A DNA stretch of 64,000 nucleotides from an uncultured Gammaproteobacteria bacterium (GTDB taxonomy: Bacteria; Patescibacteriota; Patescibacteriia; SG8-24; DYFX01). Where the stretch lies: NCBI GenBank assembly GCA_964532415.1, contig CAZHHN010000001.1, positions 11,946 to 75,945 on the forward strand. The letters are read 5' to 3'. The position numbers and the translations under genes are program-made. The stretch's first letter is position 1. Every line of letters starts with the position of its first letter. The notes under the pieces are model-generated. The model did not search any database. It had not been told where the DNA came from and worked only from the letters and a program-made list of their open reading frames with translations. Positions 8,521 to 17,734 of the stretch are shown piece by piece.

Positions 8521-9327
8521 TCAGCGCGGCATGTCCTTTTCGGTAACCAAGGCCAGGAACATCGGGATCTCGCGGCGGGCGGCATTTTCGGCGCGGGCTT
8601 TGGGTCCGGGATCGCTGACGCGGTGCGACGGCCATTCTTCCAGATCGACGAGGACGAACCCGGCCGCCGCCAGCGCTTTCACGTAGATGTGCAGCGGACG
8701 GTGAAACGAATGCGTGACCACTTCCGGCGCCGCGCCGGGGTGCGCCTGGATCGGCACGTCGTAGGAACCGAGATATGTGTCGATCCGACGGTATTGCAAT
8801 TTGCGCGCTTCGTCCCAGCCCCAGCCGCTTTGCCGGGGCTGCCGGAAGGCCGGATGGTTCATGACGATCACGAAGCGGGCGGCCGGTTTCAGGATTTTTG
8901 AGGCTTCATGAAAAACCGGGCCGATGTCCTCGATATTTTGAATCGCCAGGATGCAGGCGGCGCCGTCGAAAGAAACGGGCCGATATCCCGCTGCGAATCT
9001 CCGGGCGTCCGCGACGGCATAGTCCGTATTCCGCGGCGCGAGTTTCTTGGCGCGGGCGATGAGCGACGGCGAGGCATCGAAACCGGAAACATGCACGCCC
9101 GGCCGGCGCGCGATCAAGCGAGAAAAGGCGCCTTCCCCGCAGGCGATGTCCAGATAGCGCCGGCCCGGAGCGGGGGAGAGCAGCCGTTCGGCGCCGGGGA
9201 AGATGACCGCATCCTGAAAGGTCCCGTCTTTTTCCAGATGCCGGCCGTACCAGCGCGCCACGCCTTCCCAGCTGGTGCGCGCCGGAGGTCGGCTGCCGTG
9301 ATGATGAGGCGTCTTGCGGGCTCGCAT
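8521..9327 (-). CDS. Class I SAM-dependent methyltransferase
   Basis: Motif I LDIACGEGAFS, post-I acidic residue (VSGFDAS) and motif-IV-like FDGAACILAIQNI. Convergent with the upstream gene, divergent from the 9470 gene. Confidence 0.75.
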   Translation of the reverse strand: MRARKTPHHHGSRPPARTSWEGVARWYGRHLEKDGTFQDAVIFPGAERLLSPAPGRRYLDIACGEGAFSRLIARRPGVHVSGFDASPSLIARAKKLAPRNTDYAVADARRFAAGYRPVSFDGAACILAIQNIEDIGPVFHEASKILKPAARFVIVMNHPAFRQPRQSGWGWDEARKLQYRRIDTYLGSYDVPIQAHPGAAPEVVTHSFHRPLHIYVKALAAAGFVLVDLEEWPSHRVSDPGPKARAENAARREIPMFLALVTEKDMPR

Positions 9328-9386
9328 ATGCCAAGAGTGTAATGGATTTCCGTCGGGAAGCGAAACGGATTATTTGTCATGCCTTG

Positions 9387-9415
9387 TTGACATTTTTACG
9401 CTTTCCTGCTAGCAT
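9387..9415 (+). promoter_or_regulatory. Sigma70-like promoter for the phosphodiesterase gene
   Basis: TTGACA, a 17-nt spacer, then TAGCAT. Lies in the divergent intergenic region between the methyltransferase and the 9470 gene. Confidence 0.5.
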
Positions 9416-9469
9416 GACGTCTTGATCTTTCTCTCTCCATTCATCACAAACCGATTTCCGGAGGTTTTC

Positions 9470-10573
9470 GTGCAGAATGCCAACAAGAATTCCTGGCAAG
9501 CCGCCCACTATTTCGTGGCCATTGCCACGTTTTCCATCTGCGCCCTCCTCGGACTTCGGCGCTGTCAGCATCGCCCGTCTCCGGAGGCTCCCGTTCAGGC
9601 TGCGATCTCTCCTTCCGCAACGGCGAGGGCTGTGCCTCCCAATCGCGTCGTCCTGATCAGCCTCGACGGCGTGTCGAAGGCGGTGGCGCAGACCATGCCC
9701 CAGCTTCGCGAGATGTTCTCCGAAGGTTCCGGCACCACTCGGGCACTCGTTCCGCCCGGTCATACGACCTCCATCTCGCACAACGTACTCTTCAGTGGCG
9801 CGGATCCTGAGTTCAGCGGGGTGGACTGCGAGCCCGACGAGGAGCGCTGCATGCGGAAATTTCCCTACGTGCACGCGCATTACCACGGCTCCAAGTTCAG
9901 CTGGGCGCCGCTCCTGTTTACTCCACCGACGTTCAAGACGCTGGTCATGGCGGTGGAGGAAGCCGGCTACGGGTTCAGAGGCGCCGTCCAGAAGGGCAAG
10001 CTTGCCGGTCTGTTCCGCCGCAGCGGCCAAACCCACGGAATCATCAGTACCGAGAACGTCCGCCAGATCGTCGCGACGGCCTGCGAGGCGTTGCGCGATG
10101 ATAGGATCCGCCTCGTCATCCTGCATTTTAAGGGTGTCGACGGTGCCGGGCACCTGTATCACTGGGGCTCCAAGGAGCAGTATGCGGAAGCCGCTCTCAT
10201 CGATGCGCAGTTGCGGGAGATCCGCGGATGCATCCGTCAGGCGAACGATCGGGCGAAGGTTCTGCATGGTGTCCAGACGATCCTGATTGTTACGGCCGAC
10301 CATGGCGGAACGCCCGGCGGCGGCCATTGCGGACGCGCCTTCGATAACGATGCGACCTGGCTCGTGCCCTGGGTCGCCGTCGGTCCCGGCATCAAGCCGG
10401 GCTATGAGATCGTCGGGCGCCCAGAACTCATGCCCGCACACGGAGGCGTTCTCAAGCCGAGAATCCTGCTGGCCGACACCGTGCCGACGATCCTCCGGCT
10501 GCTCAAGCTGTCCCCGAACGCCATTCCGACGCTTTCGAAACGGGCCCGGACGATCGACGAGATCTTTCTCTGA
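9470..10573 (+). CDS. Alkaline-phosphatase-superfamily enzyme (type I phosphodiesterase / nucleotide pyrophosphatase-like), membrane-anchored
   Basis: GTG at 9470 is preceded by GGAGG. It has an N-terminal TM/signal anchor. VVLISLDG (metal-site Asp) and IVTADHGG (metal-site DH) are typical of NPP/AP-superfamily enzymes. Confidence 0.7.
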   Translation: MQNANKNSWQAAHYFVAIATFSICALLGLRRCQHRPSPEAPVQAAISPSATARAVPPNRVVLISLDGVSKAVAQTMPQLREMFSEGSGTTRALVPPGHTTSISHNVLFSGADPEFSGVDCEPDEERCMRKFPYVHAHYHGSKFSWAPLLFTPPTFKTLVMAVEEAGYGFRGAVQKGKLAGLFRRSGQTHGIISTENVRQIVATACEALRDDRIRLVILHFKGVDGAGHLYHWGSKEQYAEAALIDAQLREIRGCIRQANDRAKVLHGVQTILIVTADHGGTPGGGHCGRAFDNDATWLVPWVAVGPGIKPGYEIVGRPELMPAHGGVLKPRILLADTVPTILRLLKLSPNAIPTLSKRARTIDEIFL

Positions 10574-10596
10574 CTTTTCCTCATTCCGGCGACGCA

Positions 10597-10938
10597 GTGA
10601 CCATGCGCCGCCGTTTTGTTATACTGAACGCACAACGCATTTCTATGCTGCCGCGCCGCGCCGATCCCGAAGACCGTTTGTTCCTGGCCGAAACGGGCGG
10701 CCAGGTGCCCGAGGTCGATCTCCACGGGTTGCGCGCCGACGAAGCGCTGGACGCCGCGGAACGCCTGCTGCAGTCGGCTTTCGTTGCCGGGGCGCCGGCC
10801 GTCCGTTTGGTGCATGGGAAGGGCGAGGGCCGTCTGCGGGACGCGCTGGGCCGTTTCCTTCGTGCGCATCCGCTCGTCGCCCGCTTTCGCGAAACGCTCT
10901 CGGGCGGAGCGACGCTCGTGGCGCTCGTCGAACGTTGA
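10597..10938 (+). CDS. Smr-domain protein
   Basis: EVDLHGLRADEAL...VRLVHGKGEGRLR matches the Smr domain signature (LDLHG...HGKG). The true start may be the internal Met at 10645. Confidence 0.75.
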   Translation: MTMRRRFVILNAQRISMLPRRADPEDRLFLAETGGQVPEVDLHGLRADEALDAAERLLQSAFVAGAPAVRLVHGKGEGRLRDALGRFLRAHPLVARFRETLSGGATLVALVER

Positions 10939-10946
10939 ATCTACGT

Positions 10947-12287
10947 ATGCATGACCAATCGCACCGCAAAGCCTGGGTCGTGACCGTTGACATGGGTTAC
11001 GGCCACGAGCGCGCCTCCCATGCCATCCGCGATTTGGCGTACGGCGACGTGATCGTGGCCAACAACTATCCCGGCATTCCCGAACGGGACAAGCATCTTT
11101 GGCGCCAGAGCCGCAGGCTGTATGAAGCCTTTTCGCGTTTCAAGACCTTTCCGCTCATCGGCGAGGCGGTCTGGGACGTCTTCGACAGTTTCCAGGAGAT
11201 CAAGCCCTTCTATCCGCGTCGCGACCTGTCCAAGCCGAACCTGCAGCTGCTGCAGCTCTATTACCTGATCGAAAAGAAGGGCTTGGGCCGCGATCTGATC
11301 GAGACACTCCGGAACCGCCGGAACATTCCGCTGGTCTGCACCTTCTTCCTGCCGGCCTTCGCGGCGGATTATTTCGATTATCCGGAAGACATTTACCTCG
11401 TCACGACCGATGCCGACGTTAGCCGCACCTGGGTCGCCAAGGATCCGAAGCGCAGCCGCATCAAATATTTCGCCTCGAATGGGCGTGTCGTCGAGCGCCT
11501 CAAGCTCTACGGCGTGCCGCCCGAGAACATTTTTCTGACCGGTTTCCCGCTTTCCAAGGAACTCATCGGCGGCGCCAGTTACGAGACGATCAAACAGGAC
11601 CTCGGCGAGCGCCTCTGCCACCTCGATCCGAACGGCATCTTCCATTCCGTCTACGAAGAGATCATCCGAAAGGAGCTTGGCCGCACGTACGGTCGTCGGG
11701 AGCCGACGCACCCGCTCACGCTGACCTTCAGCGTCGGTGGCGCCGGTGCGCAGCGCGAGCTCGGCCTCCGCGTCGCCGAGAGCCTGCGCGAGAAAATCCG
11801 GCGCGGCAAGATCATTCTGAACCTGGTCGCCGGCACCAAAAAGGAGGTCGCCGCCTTTTTCAAAAAAGGACTGATCGGGATCGGTCTTGGCTCCGATCTG
11901 GGCGAAGGTGTGCGCATCCACTACTATCACGACCGTCCCAGCTATTTCCGGAAATTCGACCAGCTGGTGCGCCGTTCGGATATTCTCTGGACCAAGCCGA
12001 GCGAGCTCTCCTTTTATACCGGCGTCGGACTGCCGATCATCGTGGCACCGCCGATCGGTTCGCAGGAGAAGTTCAACGAGCTCTGGCTGCGGACCGTCGG
12101 CGGCGGCACGCCCCAGAACGATCCGGCCTACACCGACGAATGGCTGTTCGACTGGGTCGAGTCGGGCGGCCTGGCGCGCATGGCCTGGAGCGGCTTCATC
12201 GAAGCGCCGACGCACGGGGCCTACCGCATTGAGGAGATCATCACCGGCCGGCCGGTCAAACTTGAAAAACTGCCGCTCATCGTCTGA
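10947..12287 (+). CDS. GT-B fold glycosyltransferase (MGDG-synthase / MurG-like, GT28-like)
   Basis: N-terminal VVTVDMGYGHERASHAI resembles the G-rich loop of MGDG synthase / MurG. It has a two-Rossmann-like layout. The 10287 N-terminal extension of this ORF overlaps the phosphodiesterase gene and is rejected. Confidence 0.6.
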   Translation: MHDQSHRKAWVVTVDMGYGHERASHAIRDLAYGDVIVANNYPGIPERDKHLWRQSRRLYEAFSRFKTFPLIGEAVWDVFDSFQEIKPFYPRRDLSKPNLQLLQLYYLIEKKGLGRDLIETLRNRRNIPLVCTFFLPAFAADYFDYPEDIYLVTTDADVSRTWVAKDPKRSRIKYFASNGRVVERLKLYGVPPENIFLTGFPLSKELIGGASYETIKQDLGERLCHLDPNGIFHSVYEEIIRKELGRTYGRREPTHPLTLTFSVGGAGAQRELGLRVAESLREKIRRGKIILNLVAGTKKEVAAFFKKGLIGIGLGSDLGEGVRIHYYHDRPSYFRKFDQLVRRSDILWTKPSELSFYTGVGLPIIVAPPIGSQEKFNELWLRTVGGGTPQNDPAYTDEWLFDWVESGGLARMAWSGFIEAPTHGAYRIEEIITGRPVKLEKLPLIV

Positions 12288-12288
12288 T

Positions 12289-13278
12289 ATGTCCGCTCGT
12301 CGCCGCGCGATCACGATCGGCGTGCTCGGACTGGCCGCGCTGGCCGGGCTGTTCTTCTGGTACCGACGCGACGCTTTCCGGACGGAAGGGCGGCCGGACT
12401 ACGGCGTGACGTTCTCGACGCAGTACGCCAGAAGCCTCGGCCTCGACTGGAAGCAGGCCTTCACCTCCACGCTCGACGACCTGCGCGTCCGCAAGTTCCG
12501 CATTCCGGTCTATTGGGACGACGTCGAAGGGCAAAAAGGAAAAGAAGATTGGTCCGACGTCGACTGGATGCTCGAACAGGCCTCCGCCCGCGGCGCCGAC
12601 GTGATCCTGGCGGTCGGACGCAAGACGCCGCGCTGGCCGGAATGCCACGTGCCGGCCTGGGCGCAGGCCATGTCTGAAGACGCGCAGCGCAGGGAAGTGC
12701 TGCGTTTCCTGCAGGAAGAGATCGACCATTTCAGGGGCGCGCCGGCGGTGAAAGTCTGGCAGGTCGAAAACGAGCCGCTTTTCCATTTCGGCAAATGCCC
12801 GCCGCCCGACCGCGAATTTCTGAAGCGCGAAATCGCGCTGGTGCGCGGAGCGGATCTCCGTCCGATTATGGTCACGGACAGCGGCGAACTCTCGACCTGG
12901 ATCCGGACCGGAACGCTCGGCGACATTCTCGGCATCAGCATGTACCGCCTCGTTTGGAACAGCTATCTCGGCGGGCTCTACTGGCCGGTGTCGCCCATCT
13001 ATTACACCGACCGCATCAACCTGCTCAGCCCGATCATCCGCCGGGTGATCATCAGCGAACTCCAGGCCGAACCGTGGTTCATCAAGGCGCCCGCCGAAAC
13101 TCCGATCTCCGCCCAACTCGATCAGATGAATCCGGCCCGTCTGCGCGGCAACGCCGAATTCGCCGCTTCGACCGGCGCAGGCGAAATCTACCTGTGGGGC
13201 GTCGAATGGTGGTATTGGCTGAAAACGCGCGGTCACGGGGAACTCTGGGAAGCCGCGCGCCCGCTTTATGCGCCCTGA
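12289..13278 (+). CDS. Membrane-anchored glycoside hydrolase, clan GH-A (GH5-like) TIM barrel
   Basis: N-terminal TM (ITIGVLGLAALAGLFFW). WQVENEP carries the clan GH-A catalytic acid/base NEP motif. TGATATG junction with the glycosyltransferase. Confidence 0.6.
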   Translation: MSARRRAITIGVLGLAALAGLFFWYRRDAFRTEGRPDYGVTFSTQYARSLGLDWKQAFTSTLDDLRVRKFRIPVYWDDVEGQKGKEDWSDVDWMLEQASARGADVILAVGRKTPRWPECHVPAWAQAMSEDAQRREVLRFLQEEIDHFRGAPAVKVWQVENEPLFHFGKCPPPDREFLKREIALVRGADLRPIMVTDSGELSTWIRTGTLGDILGISMYRLVWNSYLGGLYWPVSPIYYTDRINLLSPIIRRVIISELQAEPWFIKAPAETPISAQLDQMNPARLRGNAEFAASTGAGEIYLWGVEWWYWLKTRGHGELWEAARPLYAP

Positions 13279-14422
13279 CGTTTTTTCCTTTCTGGTTTCC
13301 GATCGACCGGCGCCAATCGACCGGCGCCATCTTCCGTTCGCCGTTCGCGCCACGGAGATCATTGGCTGGATGTTGACCGCTGTTCTGGCGGCGATCGCGC
13401 TCTGGCTTCCCGAAGCGGGGCTGGCCGCGCATCGCGCCTGGCTTCTGGCGATCGCGGCGATCGGCGCCGGGGCTTGCCTGTGGTGGCGCTCTCGGACGGC
13501 GCGAACGTTCGGAGAGCGGGGAGATCAGGCACATGCGGCGCTCGCTGTGAGCGCGGGCATGGTCGCGTTGCTTACGGTTTTTCTCTATCTGCTGCCGGGC
13601 GCTCCGGGATTCCTCTACGACCTGTATGCGCTGCCCGTCATCGGCGCGGCCGTCGCATTGGACGCGCGCGCCGTGATCGGCGGAGGCGGCGCGGCCCTGT
13701 TCGCGGCGCTCTTCCTGCATATGGCGGAATGGACCTCCGGCCCGTTCTGGTCGGAAGAGATGTTCGTGCGGGGCAGCGCGATCATCTTGGTGACGATCGC
13801 GCTCGCGCTTGTGGCTGAGAGTTGGCGCGCGGCGCATGCCGGAACCGAACGCCTGGCCGAAGAAGTCAACGGCAATCTTGCCGAACTTCGGCTTCTCGCT
13901 TCGCTCGGCGGACAGGTCGAAGCGCTTTCCGACCTCCGTGCCCTGGCTGGGCGCATCGGACTGATCGCTGCCGAGGCCGCCGGCGCGGAACGGCATGCTT
14001 GTTTTTTCAGGGGCGAAGGCGCAGACGCTTTCCGGCCGATGGACAATGCCGGCGGTGCCGATCTGCTCGCGTTCGGACGCATGGACAGCGTGCGTGCCGT
14101 CATGGAGACCGGATTCCCGAGGATCTGGCCGAAGCTTGAAGAGCCGGTGCGGAACCTGCTGGCCGTCCCGCTGCAGGTGCGCGGAGCGCGGATCGGCGTC
14201 CTCTGCCTCGCGAGCCGTCGGAACGGGCGCCATTTCGATCGGGAAGCCGTACGCTCGGCTGAACGCGTGGCCGCGCTTGCGGGCGGCTTGTTCCGCGGCG
14301 CTTTGGACATCGAGCGGGCTCGCCAAGAGCGTCGGGCGGCGGAGCGGCTGGCGGCGCTCGTGGCCGGCCGCGAGGCGACGGGACTTCCGTACGAAGAATT
14401 CCCCGAATCGTCACGTCCATGA
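13268..14422 (+). CDS. Polytopic membrane protein with C-terminal GAF-like domain
   Basis: Several TM helices, then NLLAVPLQVRGARIGVLCLASRRNGRHFDREAVRSAERVAALAG, which resembles a GAF domain core. The stop overlaps the histidine-kinase start (ATGA). The exact start is uncertain (alternative Met at 13370). Confidence 0.55.
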   Translation: MRPDVFSFLVSDRPAPIDRRHLPFAVRATEIIGWMLTAVLAAIALWLPEAGLAAHRAWLLAIAAIGAGACLWWRSRTARTFGERGDQAHAALAVSAGMVALLTVFLYLLPGAPGFLYDLYALPVIGAAVALDARAVIGGGGAALFAALFLHMAEWTSGPFWSEEMFVRGSAIILVTIALALVAESWRAAHAGTERLAEEVNGNLAELRLLASLGGQVEALSDLRALAGRIGLIAAEAAGAERHACFFRGEGADAFRPMDNAGGADLLAFGRMDSVRAVMETGFPRIWPKLEEPVRNLLAVPLQVRGARIGVLCLASRRNGRHFDREAVRSAERVAALAGGLFRGALDIERARQERRAAERLAALVAGREATGLPYEEFPESSRP

Positions 14423-16914
14423 GGCGGCGCATACGGAGCACATGGCTCGAGATCGCCGCCGGTTTCGAGCTGCTGTTCGCGGCCAAACTGGCCTACGATG
14501 TCCGCCCCGTTTTCTCGTCGGGAATCTTCGGTTCTCCGGCGGATCTGTCTTCGCTTGCGCTCCTGCTCGCGGGTTGCGCCGTGTTTTTGCTGCACGCCGT
14601 CCGTCAGCTTCCGACCGCCCGGCGGGCATGTTTCGCCGTGGCCGCGCTTACCAGCCTGCCGTCCGCCTGGTGGTTGGTGCGCAACGGTTGGAACGATGTC
14701 GCCATCCTGCTGATTCTCCTGGGCGTCTGGTTCGCGGCGGCAGCGGCGTTTCGCGCCTGGGATCCGCCGCCGCAGAAGCCGGAGGAACGGTCGATGCAGG
14801 GAATCGCGCTGTATGTCGCCGCGACGCTCGTCGCGGTCGGCATTTCCCGTTTCGCGCACCTTGACGGCAGGGCCGTCGCAGCAGGGCTTGCCTGTGTTGC
14901 CGCCGCCGCGATTCTGGTCTATGCAGAGTACGTCGCCAACCGACGCCTGCGGTTGTATGCGGCGGCGGCTGGGGGCGCGGTCGTGCTGTCTTTGGCGCTG
15001 CGCGCGCTTTCAGACAGCGGCGCGGCCGCCGCGGGCGCGTTTCTTGCCCTGTTTGGCGCGCTGCTCCTTTCCGTGGCGATCCCGTATCTTCCGGAAGCCG
15101 CCGACGAGATGTCGGGCGCGCCGGAACGGCAGCGGGAAATGTGCCTGCACCAGCGCGCCTGCGAAGCGATCCTGTGGGCCGTCATGGCGCTGTCGATCCT
15201 GTACATGAACCGGAGGCAGTCGTTCGACGCACACATGTACTTTTTGGCGTTTTTCTCCGCCGCGCTCGTGACGCAATTCGGTTTTCGCGCGCGGCCCGTC
15301 CGGGCCCTGACCGAGCGCTCGTATCTTTTCGCGCTTTTCGGCATGATCGGCGTTTCGCTGCTGCTCATGGCCGCCACCGGCGGCGCGGGCGGACCGTTCG
15401 TCTATCTCGCCTACCTGTCCGTCTATGCCGGTACGGTGATCGTCGCTCCGTCCTGGTCGATCGTGACGGCCGGCGTCTACGTCGCCTATATCCTGGCGGA
15501 TGCCATCGGAGCCTGGTGGAGAGGCGGCGCGCCGCACGCCTGGGCCGATCTCGCTCCCGGCCTTTCGCAGGCGTCCTTCCTTGCCGCCTCCGTACTGCTC
15601 ATCGGCGGCTACACCGCCTGGACCGGACGGCGCCGCGCCAAACATGCCGAGGCGCTCATGGCGGCCAACCGGCGATTGGCCGAATCGCTCCGCTCGGCCG
15701 TGCGCGAACGCGAGCAATCCGAGCGGCGCTCGATCGAGCAGAAAAAGCTCAACGACGATCTGCTCGAGATGCGTTCCGCGCTCATGAACGTCCTGGAAGA
15801 CGTGCAGGAATCCAAGCGGCAGCTCGAACTTGACCGGCGCCGCGAATTCGCCAGCCTGAACGCGCTCGGTGAGGGCGTCATCGCCACCGCCAAAGACGGC
15901 GCGATCTTCCTGTGCAATCCGGCCGGCGCCGCGCTGCTCGGCCTCGACGCCAAGACCGTCGTCGGTCAGCCTCTCGAACGGACCGTTCGGCTGTTCGAGG
16001 AAAACGGCAGCGTCCTGCAGACCGGGGCATTCGAAACTGCCTTTGCCGGAAAAGCGACGCCGCTGTCCGCCCGGTTGGTGCTGCTGCGGGAGGATGGCAG
16101 GCGCGTTCCGGTCTCCGGCAGCGTCGCTCCGTATTTCGACGAGGAGAACCGTCTGGCCGGCGTCGTGCTGGCTTTCCGAGACGTGACGGTCGAACGGGAG
16201 ATCGACCGTCAGAAGTCGGATTTCATCTCGATCGCCTCACATCAGCTCCGCACGCCGCTTTCGGCGCTCCGTTGGTTCCTTGATCTGCTTCTGGCGGGCG
16301 ATGCCGGCGCGCTCAAGCCCCGGCAGAAGGAATATCTGGAAGACATGTCGGTTTCGACGGTGCGCATGATCAAACTGGTCGGCGACCTGCTCAACATCAC
16401 ACGCATCGAGTCCGGCCGCATCACGCCCAGGCCGCAGCGCGTCGACGTGGCGGCTTTCGCCGGCGATCTTGCGCGCGAGCACGCGCCGCTCTTCAAGAGC
16501 CGCGAAATCCATTTTGCCGTTCAGGTTGACGCGCGGGCGCGCACGATTTACGTCGATCCGGCGCTGGCGCATCAGGCCGTCGCCAATGTACTCTCGAACG
16601 CCGTCAAATATACGCCCAGCGGCGGAAGGGTCGATTTCAGCGTGGGCGTCGACGGGCGCATGGTCGTCTTCAGCGTCAGGGACACCGGCGTCGGCATTCC
16701 TCAGGCGCAGCAATACCGTGTCTACGACAAGTTCTTCCGGGGCGAAAACGTCGTGGCGCAGGAGACGGGAGGCAGCGGCCTTGGATTGTACGTGACGAAG
16801 CTGATCATCGAACTGTCCGGCGGTCAGATCTGGTTCGAATCGAAGGAAGGCCGCGGCACGACCTTTTCGATGGCCTTGCCCACCGCGGTTCCCGAAGGTA
16901 CAATGCCCGCATAA
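14419..16914 (+). CDS. Sensor histidine kinase (multi-TM sensor, PAS, HisKA, HATPase_c)
   Basis: About 10 TM helices. PAS-like block LNALGEGVIATAKDGAIFLCNPAGAALLG. H-box SIASHQLRTPLSAL. G-boxes DTGVGIP and GGSGLGLYVTKLIIELSGG. Confidence 0.9.
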   Translation: MRRRIRSTWLEIAAGFELLFAAKLAYDVRPVFSSGIFGSPADLSSLALLLAGCAVFLLHAVRQLPTARRACFAVAALTSLPSAWWLVRNGWNDVAILLILLGVWFAAAAAFRAWDPPPQKPEERSMQGIALYVAATLVAVGISRFAHLDGRAVAAGLACVAAAAILVYAEYVANRRLRLYAAAAGGAVVLSLALRALSDSGAAAAGAFLALFGALLLSVAIPYLPEAADEMSGAPERQREMCLHQRACEAILWAVMALSILYMNRRQSFDAHMYFLAFFSAALVTQFGFRARPVRALTERSYLFALFGMIGVSLLLMAATGGAGGPFVYLAYLSVYAGTVIVAPSWSIVTAGVYVAYILADAIGAWWRGGAPHAWADLAPGLSQASFLAASVLLIGGYTAWTGRRRAKHAEALMAANRRLAESLRSAVREREQSERRSIEQKKLNDDLLEMRSALMNVLEDVQESKRQLELDRRREFASLNALGEGVIATAKDGAIFLCNPAGAALLGLDAKTVVGQPLERTVRLFEENGSVLQTGAFETAFAGKATPLSARLVLLREDGRRVPVSGSVAPYFDEENRLAGVVLAFRDVTVEREIDRQKSDFISIASHQLRTPLSALRWFLDLLLAGDAGALKPRQKEYLEDMSVSTVRMIKLVGDLLNITRIESGRITPRPQRVDVAAFAGDLAREHAPLFKSREIHFAVQVDARARTIYVDPALAHQAVANVLSNAVKYTPSGGRVDFSVGVDGRMVVFSVRDTGVGIPQAQQYRVYDKFFRGENVVAQETGGSGLGLYVTKLIIELSGGQIWFESKEGRGTTFSMALPTAVPEGTMPA

Positions 16915-16930
16915 GTCCCAGTTTTCTCCC

Positions 16931-17308
16931 ATGGCCAAAACCATCCTGATCGTCGAGGACGAGCAGAGCATGCAGCGGGCGCTGAAAAGCAAGCTGGAAC
17001 ACGCCGGGTATCAGGTGCGGACGGCGAGCGACGGCGAAGAGGCTATGTCCGTGCTCAAAGATTCCTCTCTTCCGGATCTCGTCCTGCTCGACCTGATCAT
17101 GCCCAGGATGGACGGCATCACCGTGCTCCGCCAGATGAAAGCCGACGAGCGGCTGCGCGCGGTGCCGGTCGTGATCCTGACGAATCTGAGCGCGGGCGAC
17201 AAGGTCGCCGAAGCCATGCAGCTCGGCACCTTCGATTTCCTGGTGAAGGCCAATTACTCGCTCGACGACGTGCTGAAAAAGGTCGCCGATCGTCTGGGCC
17301 CGCCTTAG
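16931..17308 (+). CDS. Single-domain response regulator (CheY-like receiver)
   Basis: ILIVEDE...DLVLLDLIMPRMDG...VVILT with the receiver Asp and Lys positions present. No output domain. Confidence 0.9.
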   Translation: MAKTILIVEDEQSMQRALKSKLEHAGYQVRTASDGEEAMSVLKDSSLPDLVLLDLIMPRMDGITVLRQMKADERLRAVPVVILTNLSAGDKVAEAMQLGTFDFLVKANYSLDDVLKKVADRLGPP

Positions 17309-17321
17309 GATCGCGCAGGCT

Positions 17322-17705
17322 ATGGCAAAATCTTCCAAAAAAATTCTGGTCGTCGAAGACGAGACGTTTCTCGTCAAGATTTATGCCGTCAAGCTGAAGA
17401 AAGAAGGCTTCGACGTCAGCATTGCGAGCGACGGGGAAGCGGCCATCCGCATGGCGGCGGCGCTCAGGCCCGACCTGATCCTGCTCGACCTGATCCTGCC
17501 GAAACTGAACGGCTTCGAAGCGCTCGAGAAAATCCGCGCCAACCCCGACAACCGGAAGACGCCCGTGATCGTCCTCTCCAATCTCGGTCAGGAAGAGGAC
17601 GTCAAACGGGCTGAGGCGCTCGGAGCCGACGCCTATCTCGTCAAATCCAATTTTTCGATCCAGGACATCGTCGCCAAGATCCGGGAAACGCTCGGGGAAG
17701 CTTAA
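17322..17705 (+). CDS. Single-domain response regulator (CheY-like receiver), second copy
   Basis: ILVVEDE...DLILLDLILPKLNG...VIVLSNLG. Receiver only. Confidence 0.9.
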   Translation: MAKSSKKILVVEDETFLVKIYAVKLKKEGFDVSIASDGEAAIRMAAALRPDLILLDLILPKLNGFEALEKIRANPDNRKTPVIVLSNLGQEEDVKRAEALGADAYLVKSNFSIQDIVAKIRETLGEA

Positions 17706-17734
17706 GTCCGCGGCCGGCCACAGAAGGAGGAACT

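Noticed and set aside
6984-8585. 533-aa minus-strand ORF spanning the NUDIX and hypothetical genes
   Set aside because: Arg/Ala-rich low-complexity translation antisense to well-supported plus-strand genes (Nudix box, ung). A typical high-GC artefact.
10287-10946. 5' extension of the glycosyltransferase ORF giving a 666-aa product
   Set aside because: The extension overlaps the phosphodiesterase and Smr genes in another frame and is Arg/Pro/Ser-rich. The conserved GT-B N-terminus begins at the in-frame ATG at 10947.
11887-12288. 5' extension of the glycoside-hydrolase ORF (463 aa)
   Set aside because: The extension overlaps the glycosyltransferase 3' end. The signal/TM anchor and TGATATG junction support a start at 12289.
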